Positions 15,810-25,498 of a stretch of DNA of 30,637 nt are shown one piece after another. The stretch covers positions 1-30,637 of the IMG/VR virus record IMGVR_UViG_3300038316_000276; one strand, written 5' to 3'. How positions within the stretch are numbered: the first letter of the stretch is position 1; each line of letters starts with the position of its first letter. The notes below the pieces were generated by a model. The model ran no database searches. It had not been told where the DNA came from and worked only from the letters and a program-made list of their open reading frames with translations. Position numbers and translations under genes: made by a program. The DNA comes from a virus. Taxonomy: Duplodnaviria > Caudoviricetes.

Positions 15810-16174
15810 CCACATTCAAAAGTGCGTACGACCTGGCTCAGAAACGAATCCAGGCCGTCAATGACAAGGCTCAGGAGATTGAAAATCTCCTGGGTGGCAC
15901 CGAGGAAGACGTCAATGCTGCTCTGGCTCTTGAGCCCGCGCTGGACGAGGCTCAAGCCGAAGCACAAAAGGCGATCGACCTTTACAACAAACTGACCAAA
16001 GCCGGCGATCTCGCTGATAGCACTGCCAGTTTGTTTGTTCCTGTATCCGAGGCAGCTGCTGAAATTGAAGCAGCTAAAAACACAATGACCCGCGAGGAAT
16101 TCGACGGGATGAATATCAGTGAGAAGGCTGCGTTCATGAGACGCGGTGGCAAAGTCACTGAAGAAAAGGAGTAA
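15806..16174 (+). CDS. Putative scaffolding protein (helical, acidic)
   Basis: Ala/Glu-rich coiled coil between the protease and the capsid. C-terminal MTREEFDGMNISEKAAFMRRGG resembles a coat-binding helix-turn-helix. Confidence 0.6.
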   Translation: MTTFKSAYDLAQKRIQAVNDKAQEIENLLGGTEEDVNAALALEPALDEAQAEAQKAIDLYNKLTKAGDLADSTASLFVPVSEAAAEIEAAKNTMTREEFDGMNISEKAAFMRRGGKVTEEKE

Positions 16175-16177
16175 AAA

Positions 16178-17326
16178 ATGCCTGATTCTTTAGCAAGTTT
16201 GTTCCCGACCCTGTATGCCGGCATCGCGGAGTTTCCGCGCCGCCAGTTTGGGATGATCCGCGCCGTCCAGGTGGACGGACAGCTCTCCCGGGCGACATTG
16301 GGTCAAAGCGTGGTTTGGGATGTACCTCAGGTCGGTGCCGCGGTTGACGTTGCACCTTCTGCAACCCTGCCAGATCCCGCCGCCGATGTTGCTGCCCCGC
16401 TCACCTACACGATGGCTGCCCGCAAGGCAGTGCGCATTCCGGTGACCGGTGAAGCTTCTGAAGCGCTCGGCGATGCCGCAATGGCAACCCGCCGACAAAA
16501 CCAATATCTGCAGGCATTCGACAAGCTTGCAGCCGGGATCGAAAGTTACCTGGCAGGCGTGGCGATCCTGAATGCCAGCCGGGCTTTTGGCACTGCTGAC
16601 ACTGTGCCCTTTACAGCAGCCACTGTCAACATGGAGTACTTCGCCAAGTTGTGGGGTATCCTGGCCAAAAACGACCGCTCCAACGGTGAGCTTTCGCTGG
16701 TGCTGAATACTGCAACTGCAGAAGCCATGCGTGCCTATATGGGCATGCTTTGGAAAGCCAACGAGTACGGCGACGACCAGATGATGAAAAACGGCTACCT
16801 GACCCGGATCCAGGGCTTCAACCTGTACGAGTCCAACCAGTTTACCAAGCACACCAAGGGCACTGGCGCTAATTACGTCATTGATGGTGCGCTCGCTGCA
16901 GGTGCAACCGACATCAAGGTCAAAACCGGTACCGGAACCATCCTGGCAGGGGATGTGATCTCCATCGCGGACGAGCCTTCCGGTTCGAAGTACGTTGTAA
17001 CCAAAGGCATTGAGTCTGCAGGAACCTTCACGATCGGCAAACCCGGTTTGTTGGGCGCGGCTGCGGATGCCAAAGCGGTGAGCATTCACCAGTACACACC
17101 GAACTTCGCTTTCAACCAATCGGCCCTAGGCCTGGGCGTAAGATTGCCCGAGGTCCCCAGAGAAGGCGATGCCGCCATCGATGCCACCAGCATCAAGGAC
17201 CCTTACACCGGCCTGGTGTTTGAGGTCCGGCGCTACGCAGAATACCGCCAGATCGTGGACGAAGTCTCGATCATGTACGGCGCAATTGTATTGGACCCAG
17301 AGGCGATTGCCATTGGGTTGAGCTAA
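16178..17326 (+). CDS. Major capsid protein (P22 coat-like, with insertion domain)
   Basis: Position and size; NGYLTRIQGFNLYESNQ; insertion TGTILAGDVISIA; C-terminal MYGAIVLDPE. Confidence 0.85.
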   Translation: MPDSLASLFPTLYAGIAEFPRRQFGMIRAVQVDGQLSRATLGQSVVWDVPQVGAAVDVAPSATLPDPAADVAAPLTYTMAARKAVRIPVTGEASEALGDAAMATRRQNQYLQAFDKLAAGIESYLAGVAILNASRAFGTADTVPFTAATVNMEYFAKLWGILAKNDRSNGELSLVLNTATAEAMRAYMGMLWKANEYGDDQMMKNGYLTRIQGFNLYESNQFTKHTKGTGANYVIDGALAAGATDIKVKTGTGTILAGDVISIADEPSGSKYVVTKGIESAGTFTIGKPGLLGAAADAKAVSIHQYTPNFAFNQSALGLGVRLPEVPREGDAAIDATSIKDPYTGLVFEVRRYAEYRQIVDEVSIMYGAIVLDPEAIAIGLS

Positions 17327-17333
17327 GGCTGTC

Positions 17334-17522
17334 ATGGCTGAGGTGAAGTTGATACCCGTGACCAAGGATGGATATCGCATGGATGTCCATCCAGATGCCC
17401 TGGAAGGCTATCTAAAGACTGGATGGGTTGTCATGGAGATTAAAGAACAGACGGGAGGTGGTCCAACTCTGAAGGACACCACCGCCGAGTCTGGCCAAAA
17501 GAAAAGCGGCCAAAAAGGCTGA
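17334..17522 (+). CDS. Small head-associated hypothetical protein
   Basis: ORF between the capsid and connector genes. Confidence 0.6.
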   Translation: MAEVKLIPVTKDGYRMDVHPDALEGYLKTGWVVMEIKEQTGGGPTLKDTTAESGQKKSGQKG

Positions 17523-17533
17523 GGTGAAATGGA

Positions 17534-17854
17534 ATGGGCATCCTGACTGCAATCGAGGCAGCAACCGTTTTGCGGTGCGAAACTAATGATGACAATATGC
17601 TGGATCTGCTGGACCAGGTAGACGCGTACATTGAAAACGCCACCGGGTGGAAGTGGTCCCAGGATTCTGCGATCAACCCGGCTGCAAAGTCAGCAGCCAG
17701 GATGCTTTTAGTGCAATGGTACGAAAATCCAGGTCAGTTGGGTTATGAATCAGGACGTTCTGAAACGATACTCGGCTTTGGTTTGAATGCCGTGTTGCTG
17801 CAGCTGAAGGCTGAAGCGAAGCGGCTCACGGAGCTTGAGGAGCTGAGTTCATGA
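17534..17854 (+). CDS. Head-tail connector (gp6-like)
   Basis: YIENATG...AARMLLVQWYENP. Confidence 0.88.
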   Translation: MGILTAIEAATVLRCETNDDNMLDLLDQVDAYIENATGWKWSQDSAINPAAKSAARMLLVQWYENPGQLGYESGRSETILGFGLNAVLLQLKAEAKRLTELEELSS

Positions 17855-18198
17855 GAATAGGCAATGCGATCACCAACCCAGGCGAGCTGCGAACAAGAAT
17901 CGAACTGCTCAAGCGAGAGGATGTCGCCGATGCCGGCGGGTTCACGACACAAGTGGATGTTTTGCTTGCGACGGTCTGGGCACGATGGCAGAGTTTGTTT
18001 GGTGATGAAGTCTGGACAGCTGCCGCACAAGGTGTGAAGGTGGGAGCCACGGTCAGGATCCGGTATCGGACCGACCTGGATGCCACCATGCGGATCCGCA
18101 AGGACAACCAGGTATATGAGATCGTTTCGCACCCGGAAGATATCCAGGAACGGCATGAATATCTTGAATTCAAGGTATCGAGGCTGGAGGCGGGATGA
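17851..18198 (+). CDS. Head closure protein (SPP1 gp16-like)
   Basis: PGELRTRI...TVWA...IRYRTDLDATMRI...YEI. Confidence 0.9.
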   Translation: MRIGNAITNPGELRTRIELLKREDVADAGGFTTQVDVLLATVWARWQSLFGDEVWTAAAQGVKVGATVRIRYRTDLDATMRIRKDNQVYEIVSHPEDIQERHEYLEFKVSRLEAG

Positions 18199-18593
18199 AA
18201 GCGAGTTTGAGCATGCCCAAGAAATTGCAGGAAATGATGGAGCAGCTGGCCGCCCTGGAAGCAGGCAGGATTGACGAAGTTGCCGGTGAAATGCTTGAGG
18301 CCGGGGCTGATGTGGCTTTGAAAGGGATGCAGCGGCGAGTGCCGAAGGATACCAGGAAACTACATGGGCACCTAAAAAAGGGTCCGGTCAAGCGGGACGG
18401 CAACCGGTCATCCATAGAGATCGGATTGATCGATGCCCCAGGAGAAGTAGTTCGATACGGTACGGTCCAGGAATTTGGATCAAGCAGTGTCAGCCCACAA
18501 TCGTACCAACGGGCGACAATGAAAGAAGACAAAAGCAAGATCACGAAAGCCATGAAAACCGTGCTTGAGGAAGAACTGGATAACCTGACATGA
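18195..18593 (+). CDS. HK97 gp10-like tail component
   Basis: VPKDTRKL...YGTVQEFGSSSVSPQSY. Confidence 0.85.
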   Translation: MKASLSMPKKLQEMMEQLAALEAGRIDEVAGEMLEAGADVALKGMQRRVPKDTRKLHGHLKKGPVKRDGNRSSIEIGLIDAPGEVVRYGTVQEFGSSSVSPQSYQRATMKEDKSKITKAMKTVLEEELDNLT

Positions 18594-18937
18594 CGATCTG
18601 GCAAAAGGTTCAAAGCGCCCTGGCGCCGCTGTTGATCAGGACGGCCAATAACCGGCTGCCTCTAAAAACCGGCGAGACCTGGCCTGATCAGTACATTACC
18701 TTCCAGGTGCCCTCTGCCGGTCCGGAAAAGTATATCGATGACCATGAAACAGCACGGAGCTATCTGGTTCAGCTGAATTTATGGTCACGAAGTGGATTTG
18801 AAAATTTCCCTGATGTGGAAACAGCCATGCTGGCAGCCGGGTTTTACTTCCAGGCTGAAAGAGACATGGATTACAACGACAAAACAGGCCACTATGGCCA
18901 AAGTAAGGATTTCCTCTTTTACGAGGAGAAGGAGTAA
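18590..18937 (+). CDS. Tail terminator-like protein
   Basis: PDQYITF...VQLNLWS...AMLAAGF; located before the major tail gene. Confidence 0.7.
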   Translation: MTIWQKVQSALAPLLIRTANNRLPLKTGETWPDQYITFQVPSAGPEKYIDDHETARSYLVQLNLWSRSGFENFPDVETAMLAAGFYFQAERDMDYNDKTGHYGQSKDFLFYEEKE

Positions 18938-18940
18938 AAA

Positions 18941-19561
18941 ATGCCAATCGGATCAGGAGAATATAAGAGCCAGATCGGGCTTGACAAGTTGCATTACGCG
19001 CCGATCACGGTGGATGATGCCACCGCGTATACCCCGGGTGCCCCGGTGGTGCTTGCCCCGGCTGCCAGCGCAAAACTGAGCACAACCAAAAGCATCAGCA
19101 CCCAATATGCAGATGATGGCGTGTTTGATATGTCGACTGCAGAGGGAGAGACCAAGATTGAGATCGAGGTCACAAACCTACCGCTGGCTACTATCGCAGC
19201 ATTGACCGGAAGGACTCTAAATGCGACCAATGGGATGTTGATCGAAGGCACTGCAGCCAACGCGCCAGATTTTGCGCTCAGTTTCAGGAGTAAGAAATCG
19301 AACGGTAAGTATCTCTACATCCAGTACCTAAAGGGCAAGTTTGAAATCGGTGATGCTGAATTTCAGACCCTGGAAGCCAACCCATCACCCAAGCTGGCAA
19401 AACTGACCTTCACCGCTGTGAACACAATCCACAAGTTCACGACCAAGACAGGTGTGAGTGAATCGGTAAAGGTCACGAAGGTGGACGAAGATGTAGCCGC
19501 ATCGGCCGCCCTTGTGACAGGCTGGTTTACCCAGGTGAACGTGCCGGCAACGGTGGTGTAG
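18941..19561 (+). CDS. Major tail protein (phi13 family-like)
   Basis: IGLDKLHYA...YADDG...PDFALSFRSKKSNG...KGKF...WF. Confidence 0.9.
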   Translation: MPIGSGEYKSQIGLDKLHYAPITVDDATAYTPGAPVVLAPAASAKLSTTKSISTQYADDGVFDMSTAEGETKIEIEVTNLPLATIAALTGRTLNATNGMLIEGTAANAPDFALSFRSKKSNGKYLYIQYLKGKFEIGDAEFQTLEANPSPKLAKLTFTAVNTIHKFTTKTGVSESVKVTKVDEDVAASAALVTGWFTQVNVPATVV

Positions 19562-19580
19562 TAGTGCAATCGACAATGAA

Positions 19581-19602
19581 GGGGCGGTCATGGAACCGCC
19601 CC
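19581..19602 (+). terminator. GC-rich hairpin after the major tail gene (attenuating or stabilising)
   Basis: GGGGCGGT-catgga-ACCGCCCC; no U-tract. Confidence 0.45.
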
Positions 19603-19616
19603 CCTACAGGAGAAAT

Positions 19617-19940
19617 ATGGCAAAGTTTGCTATTGAATTAATTTTGTACGATGAGGACAGCGAACCAAAAGCAACCTACAGGCAGAGCTTTGTGCCCTTC
19701 CGATTGCTGAAAGAAGCAGTCAAACTTCAAGAGTATGTCGGTGAGTTGCAGAATCCGCAAAAAACGAAGCCGGAAACGATCGATAACCTGGCAGATTTTG
19801 TAGTGGCGTTCTTTGGAGACAAGTTCAGCAGAGAAGATCTGATGGACGGCGCCGAGCTGTCTGAAGTGATGACGGTGATTAACCAGATTGTCACCAAGAT
19901 CGATGGTGGCGCAAACCCTACCCTTCCTCCGGTGAAATAG
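19617..19940 (+). CDS. Tail assembly chaperone (gpG-like)
   Basis: AGGAG RBS; FVVAFFGDKFSREDL; lies between the tail tube and tape measure genes. Confidence 0.85.
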   Translation: MAKFAIELILYDEDSEPKATYRQSFVPFRLLKEAVKLQEYVGELQNPQKTKPETIDNLADFVVAFFGDKFSREDLMDGAELSEVMTVINQIVTKIDGGANPTLPPVK

Positions 19941-20128
19941 AGCCGGAGGATGATGAGCGGGGCATGCTAGAAGTTCTGCTGGATATGCAGCTGACACTGA
20001 TCCAAGTGTTTGGCTGGTCCCTGGCAGATATTGACAGGACAGATGCAGTGAGCCTGTTTGATCTGATGAGGCATATCGGCAGAAGTCATGAGCCAAAACA
20101 AGTTTTTGCTGATGAAGTGGAGTGGTGA
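19913..20128 (+). CDS. Tail chaperone -1 frameshift extension (gpGT-like)
   Basis: Slippery heptamer A AAC CCT at 19913-19919. The -1 frame is open to TGA 20128 and encodes FGWSLADIDRTD..LFDL. Confidence 0.75.
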   Translation, partial: KPYPSSGEIEPEDDERGMLEVLLDMQLTLIQVFGWSLADIDRTDAVSLFDLMRHIGRSHEPKQVFADEVEW

Positions 20129-22662
20129 TGGCAGGTAAAGACGCGCTCAGTGCCAACATGGCACTAGATTCAACTGACTTCAAGGCTGGAATAAACCAGG
20201 CAAACCGGGAATTAAGAACCCTTGAGTCGGGTTTCAAGGCAGCTTCTGCTTCTTTAGGAGACTGGAGCAAAACGAGCGAAGGACTGGAGATGCGCATCAG
20301 CTCGCTTACCAAACAAATGGAAGTCCAGGAGAAGAAGGTTGCTGCTACACGGACGGAATATGAGCGGATCGCTGAAGAAAAGGGAGCAACCAGCCAGGCG
20401 GCTCAAGAACTCGAAATCAAACTTAACAGAGAGACCGAAGCTCTGGGGAAAATGCAAGCAGAGGTCCGCAAGAGCGAACAAAGCCTTAAAGAAATGGGGG
20501 ATGAATCCGGAAAAACCGGGAAAGAGGTCGGGAAGGTCGGTGATGAATCCAAGAAAGCTGAAAAAGAAGTAAAGACCTTTGGAGACCGGCTGAAGGATCT
20601 TGGTAAGGGTGTGGCGGATGGCCTGGCTGGCGTGGGTGATAAAATCGCCGGCATTGGAAAGGCAGCTGGTATCGCTGTCGGGGCAGTTGTCGCCGGCGCC
20701 GCAGCTGGAGCCGTCAAACTTGGTCAGGCAGTCATCAATCAATTCGGAGAGCTTGAACAAAACCTTGGTGGATCTGAAGCTGTGTTTCAAGACTATGCAG
20801 ACCACATGCAAAAGATCGGTGAAGATGCCTACAAAAATCTGGGTGTAAGCCAAAGCCAGTACCTGGCAACTGCCAACAAGATGGGGGCACTTTTCCAGGG
20901 CTCTGGTCTTGATGTTCAGAAATCAGCTGAATTGTCCGAAAAAGCAATGCAACGAGCTGCCGATATGGCAAGTGTGATGGGCATTGACATGCAGACAGCA
21001 CTGGATTCGGTTACCGGAGCTGCCAAGGGCAACTTCACCATGATGGACAACCTTGGTGTGGCCATGAATGCAACGACCATTGAGGCTTACGCAGCTTCAA
21101 AAGGTCTGGATTTTGTCTGGGCATCTGCCAGCCAGGCTGAAAAGTCTGAGATGGCAATGCAGATGTTCTTTGAAAACACGGAACAATATGCGGGCAATTT
21201 TGCCAAGGAATCCACCCAGACGATCACTGGCTCAATTGGGCTGCTGAAGGCATCAGTCGGGTCCTTTGTGGCGGGTCTGGGGAATGCTAATGCAGACATG
21301 ACAAACCTGACAGAAAACGTGGTGGACGCGTTTGGAGCAGTGGTTACGAACATCGTACCGGTCCTGCAAAATGTTGTAAAGGCACTGCCAAAGGCAACAG
21401 ACGGGCTCCTAAAGGCGATTGGAGATTTGGTTCCGGCACTCCTGCCGGTCATTACTGGCATCTTCACACAGGTTTTGACCACGATCGTCGATCTGCTTCC
21501 AGGGCTTTTGGGTGTTCTTGTAACCGCCCTATCACAGTTGTTTGGAGCGATCGTAGATCTATTGCCGGACATTGTTGACCTCGGTGTGGAAATGGTTGGA
21601 GCGTTTGTAGAGGCGATCGGAACAATGGGACCTCTCTTACTGGCAGCGGCTCCAGGATTGATCATGCAGCTGGTAAACGGGATAGTAAGAATGCTGCCAC
21701 AGATGGTGAAAACAGGGACGGAATTAGTGTTTGCATTGATTGAAGGAATTGGGCAGCTCTTACCACAGCTTATCCCAGCAGCCGTTGAGATGATCGTCAC
21801 AGTCATCAATGGAATTGCCCAGGCATTACCCCGGCTGATGACGATGATCGCAGAAATCATCCCCCAGGTCGTAATTGTATTGATTGAGAACCTGCCCTTG
21901 CTGATAGGTGCCTCCCTAGAGATGATCGCAGCGTTGGTGGATGGGCTTGTGAAGGCCTTGCCAGTTTTGGTTGGATACACACCAGAGATCATAGTCGCGA
22001 TCGTCGGCGCACTTGTGCAATCATTACCGATGATCATCAATTCCGGGAAACAAATTATTACAAGTCTTATCAATGGAATTACGAGCTTGTTTTCAGCCCT
22101 TCGAGGGAGCGGGTCAGATTCGATCAAGAACTTGGTGGATGGTATAGGTACCTGGATGAGCACGATGGGCTCAAAGGGGCGGGAACTTATGACCAATTTG
22201 ATCAACGGAGTCAAAGGAGCTTTCAGTAACCTTGTGGAGCTGGGGAAAAATATTGTAGACGGTATTTGGCAGGGGATCAAGGATGCCTGGGGTAATCTGG
22301 TAAGTGGCTTTAAGGATCTTTTAAGAGGGCTTTTTAATTCAGGACAGGAAGAAATCGATGCAAATTCGCCATCCAGAGTTTGGGCCAAGGGAATTGGGGC
22401 TCCGATGGCTGAAGGCATTGGTTTTGGTTTTCTGGGCGAAATGGATGCGGTTGAGCGGTCAATGCGGATGACGATCGCCGGGTTGATGCCGGCGGTTGAA
22501 TCAGCGTTCCCCGCAGGAGGCATGCAACCTGCTTTTGCCGGAGTTGGTCAAGCAAACGTAGTGGACAGAGCCCCCGTCACCATTAATGTCAACCCTAGTG
22601 AACCTATTGATTACGAATTATTGGCAAACAAGGTTGCCAGGAAAGTAGCAGAGGGCTGGTAA
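20128..22662 (+). CDS. Tape measure protein
   Basis: Long helical protein: N-terminal LDSTDFKAGI coiled coil and amphipathic Pro-punctuated repeats. Confidence 0.93.
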   Translation: MAGKDALSANMALDSTDFKAGINQANRELRTLESGFKAASASLGDWSKTSEGLEMRISSLTKQMEVQEKKVAATRTEYERIAEEKGATSQAAQELEIKLNRETEALGKMQAEVRKSEQSLKEMGDESGKTGKEVGKVGDESKKAEKEVKTFGDRLKDLGKGVADGLAGVGDKIAGIGKAAGIAVGAVVAGAAAGAVKLGQAVINQFGELEQNLGGSEAVFQDYADHMQKIGEDAYKNLGVSQSQYLATANKMGALFQGSGLDVQKSAELSEKAMQRAADMASVMGIDMQTALDSVTGAAKGNFTMMDNLGVAMNATTIEAYAASKGLDFVWASASQAEKSEMAMQMFFENTEQYAGNFAKESTQTITGSIGLLKASVGSFVAGLGNANADMTNLTENVVDAFGAVVTNIVPVLQNVVKALPKATDGLLKAIGDLVPALLPVITGIFTQVLTTIVDLLPGLLGVLVTALSQLFGAIVDLLPDIVDLGVEMVGAFVEAIGTMGPLLLAAAPGLIMQLVNGIVRMLPQMVKTGTELVFALIEGIGQLLPQLIPAAVEMIVTVINGIAQALPRLMTMIAEIIPQVVIVLIENLPLLIGASLEMIAALVDGLVKALPVLVGYTPEIIVAIVGALVQSLPMIINSGKQIITSLINGITSLFSALRGSGSDSIKNLVDGIGTWMSTMGSKGRELMTNLINGVKGAFSNLVELGKNIVDGIWQGIKDAWGNLVSGFKDLLRGLFNSGQEEIDANSPSRVWAKGIGAPMAEGIGFGFLGEMDAVERSMRMTIAGLMPAVESAFPAGGMQPAFAGVGQANVVDRAPVTINVNPSEPIDYELLANKVARKVAEGW

Positions 22663-23969
22663 TGGGCAGCAACCTGACATTTGTTTCAGGATCTACAAGG
22701 ATAGATCTCAATGATCGTATTGTGTTCTTCCTGCAGTCCGGATATTATCCGACGATCGATGTAAAAGCGAAGACTGTAACTGAGTCGGTGAAAGTGCAGT
22801 TGCGGGGCTCAATCTCAGCAAATATTCAACATTTGAATCAATGGTTCGAGCTTGCCCGGTCAGATGATCCCGCCCAGGAAAAGGTTTACCTGGAATACAA
22901 GGTTGCTGACAGTGAAACCGCCTGGAGGAGCCGGGTATATGACGGAGCTGTAACGTTGGGCAAGTCTGTGAGCACGGAGTACAAACGCGGTCGTGTGAAT
23001 GTGGAGATCGCTTTCGAAAGGGATCCGTTCTGGGAAGGCCCGGAAACGGCCCTGCCAATTGGCAACCTCAACTCGAGCAGTCCAGCACGTGTCTATAATG
23101 CAAATGACGGAACGGGCACAGAACCAAACAAACGGATCAATTCAGCGTATGTGACTGCTAATCTGATCCTGGGGGATCTGCCAACACCAGTGAAGCTGAC
23201 AATAGATAACCTTTACACGTCAAATCTTGGGCATTTATGGATCGGGATGAACAAGACCAGACCAAACTGGAACAGCGGATGGATGCTGGAAGCGGAAAGC
23301 GCCATCGGAATAACCCCGGTCACTACAACGGATGCCAGCGGGGGTGCTTTTGCTCAGGGGCAACTGACTTATGGGACATCATCACCCATCCTGCGATGGC
23401 CAGTGACAGACGCGCTGGTTTCTGCAATGCGGGGTCAACGTCTGCGGATGTTATTGCGAGCGTATTTCACCGGTTCATATTCCAGTTTCAAATACAAGCT
23501 GAGGATCGTGTCTGGAGTAACGCTGATTTGGGAATCGGATTGGGTCCGTGAATCTGAGGCCTATTCCAGAAGTTGGCTGGATCTGTTTGAATTTCGCATG
23601 CCGCCCTGGTTGGAAGGGAAAGACAATTTATCAGGGCTAATCTTGGAGCTATGGGCAACGCCGATAAAGGCGGGTACATGGACCTGGGCTTTTGATGATG
23701 TGATGCTTTTTGCTGAAGATGGTTTTGTGAACCTGGACACTTCAGTGGTTCCAGGGGGGAAACTGATTATTGATGGTGATACTGGGTGGAGTGAAGATAC
23801 AACCGGGAAAAAGAGTGGGTTAAAGAAGATGATAGGCTCACTGATGCTTACCCCCAAGGCATTTCACCTTTTCTATTTCGCAATGCATAGGACCATAATG
23901 GATAGCGCGCCGACGGACTTCTTGCTTGGCATCTCTGGCAGCTACAGACCGCGTAGGTGGTTAATATGA
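22662..23969 (+). CDS. Distal tail (Dit-like) protein with inserted domain
   Basis: Follows the TMP; FERDPFWEG and GDLPTPVKLTI motifs; C-terminal YRPRRW. Confidence 0.65.
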   Translation: MGSNLTFVSGSTRIDLNDRIVFFLQSGYYPTIDVKAKTVTESVKVQLRGSISANIQHLNQWFELARSDDPAQEKVYLEYKVADSETAWRSRVYDGAVTLGKSVSTEYKRGRVNVEIAFERDPFWEGPETALPIGNLNSSSPARVYNANDGTGTEPNKRINSAYVTANLILGDLPTPVKLTIDNLYTSNLGHLWIGMNKTRPNWNSGWMLEAESAIGITPVTTTDASGGAFAQGQLTYGTSSPILRWPVTDALVSAMRGQRLRMLLRAYFTGSYSSFKYKLRIVSGVTLIWESDWVRESEAYSRSWLDLFEFRMPPWLEGKDNLSGLILELWATPIKAGTWTWAFDDVMLFAEDGFVNLDTSVVPGGKLIIDGDTGWSEDTTGKKSGLKKMIGSLMLTPKAFHLFYFAMHRTIMDSAPTDFLLGISGSYRPRRWLI

Positions 23970-25498
23970 GACAGGTCCGATTTCTACAACGTAATCTGAT
24001 GAACGAACAGGTCCTGCCTGCAGGGCTCAAGGTTGAAGTGACCCGCTACACCAAGACAGTCTTTGGTGGATGCGACAAAGCTGAAATTGAGGTTACCGGT
24101 GAGCCAGAGAGACTGCTTGAGCTGATCAATTATCTACGGGACGGCGTGGAAATCTATGACGGGAATGGGAACCCAATTTGGTGGGGATACGTACAACGTG
24201 TCGAGATCCCGCATGAGAAGGTTATGGTTGTTGTAGATCTGGACGAGATGAGTAATCAGGTCGCCATTGCCTACAATCTGATCTCAGCCGGTGGTAACAC
24301 GATTGGGATCCGCGGTACTTCTCCCTGGATCATAGACGAAGACTCAATCGCAAAATATGGCATAAAGGAGCTGCTGGAAAGCGGCGGCTCGATGAATGCT
24401 GTTGAAGCGCTTTCGATGGCAACCCGACTACGGAATGAATTGAGCTTTCCCAGGGCCTATGTCGTTTCTAGCCAGCAGATAACCGCCCGAATTGAATGTT
24501 ATGGCTGGTGGCACACTCTCGGCTGGCGATATTGTTACGTCCCCACAGAATTAGCCCTTTCGTTTCAGACTATCGGTAATGCTGCTGTAGCCTTGTTTGA
24601 CGGCGTGAAAATCGCCCAAAGTTTCATCGCTTCCTCGGATATCAATCTCGCTGAAGTGGGTATTCATGTACGAAAGATCGGTGGGCCAGGGGATATCAAT
24701 ATCGCCCTGTGTAAAGTTGATCCAGATGGTTTGCCAGGGGACAATATCCGCAGCGCAACTATCAACGCGGCGCTAATCAGTTCAACAACTGGATGGGTCA
24801 AGGCGCCTTTTACAGAAACCGTTCTCCTGACCCCCGGAGAAAAATATTTCCTCACCTTAGAGTCCGCATGGTCTACTGAGTCCAGTTACCAGATTGTCAC
24901 CCTGGATCCAAACAATGGTTATGGGGGTGGGAAATACTTCAAGCTGGTCGATAATGTATGGGTCGAAACAGCAAAGGATATGCCATTCAGACTCTACAAT
25001 AATGTTCTCACGGAAACATCTCAACAACTTCAGAACTACCTGACAGATTCAGGACAATTCTTTTCCCAGGTGATTGTAAATGACCGCAGCGGCTTGTATG
25101 CTGAGAGTTACCGTAACGGAGATACCACTGCAATAACAGAAGCAGAGGATCTTCTCGCAATCGGGACATCAGACTATCTCCGGCTCTTGGCTAGGGTAAA
25201 CCCGGACAGATCAGTGGAAGTTTGGAAAGAACCTGAAGAGCCGCTCAATCCAGCAGTCGAAATCCGGTCTGACAACAAGCTTTACTACAGGACGGGGGCA
25301 CCGGTTGAAGAAAACTTTGACCCTACAGGAAAGTGGATATCAATTGAACCAATCATCTGGGGCATAGCAGAAAACACAACACTGTTGGGAACCAAAAACT
25401 TCTTCTGCGATGGGATGGAGTGGACCAGAGAAAATGGCGTTCAGATGAAACCAGCAAACTGGAAAAACCCTCTCAACCTAAGGATAACTAATGGCTAA
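23966..25498 (+). CDS. Tail tip/baseplate hub protein
   Basis: Position; IWWGYV and DSIAKYGIKE motifs; central beta-sandwich insertion. Confidence 0.6.
   Translation: MRQVRFLQRNLMNEQVLPAGLKVEVTRYTKTVFGGCDKAEIEVTGEPERLLELINYLRDGVEIYDGNGNPIWWGYVQRVEIPHEKVMVVVDLDEMSNQVAIAYNLISAGGNTIGIRGTSPWIIDEDSIAKYGIKELLESGGSMNAVEALSMATRLRNELSFPRAYVVSSQQITARIECYGWWHTLGWRYCYVPTELALSFQTIGNAAVALFDGVKIAQSFIASSDINLAEVGIHVRKIGGPGDINIALCKVDPDGLPGDNIRSATINAALISSTTGWVKAPFTETVLLTPGEKYFLTLESAWSTESSYQIVTLDPNNGYGGGKYFKLVDNVWVETAKDMPFRLYNNVLTETSQQLQNYLTDSGQFFSQVIVNDRSGLYAESYRNGDTTAITEAEDLLAIGTSDYLRLLARVNPDRSVEVWKEPEEPLNPAVEIRSDNKLYYRTGAPVEENFDPTGKWISIEPIIWGIAENTTLLGTKNFFCDGMEWTRENGVQMKPANWKNPLNLRITNG

Noticed and set aside
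21087-22523. Long minus-strand ORFs (478 aa here, also 16190-17119 and 19638-20312)
   Set aside because: Antisense shadows of the tape measure, capsid and tail genes, with no motifs.
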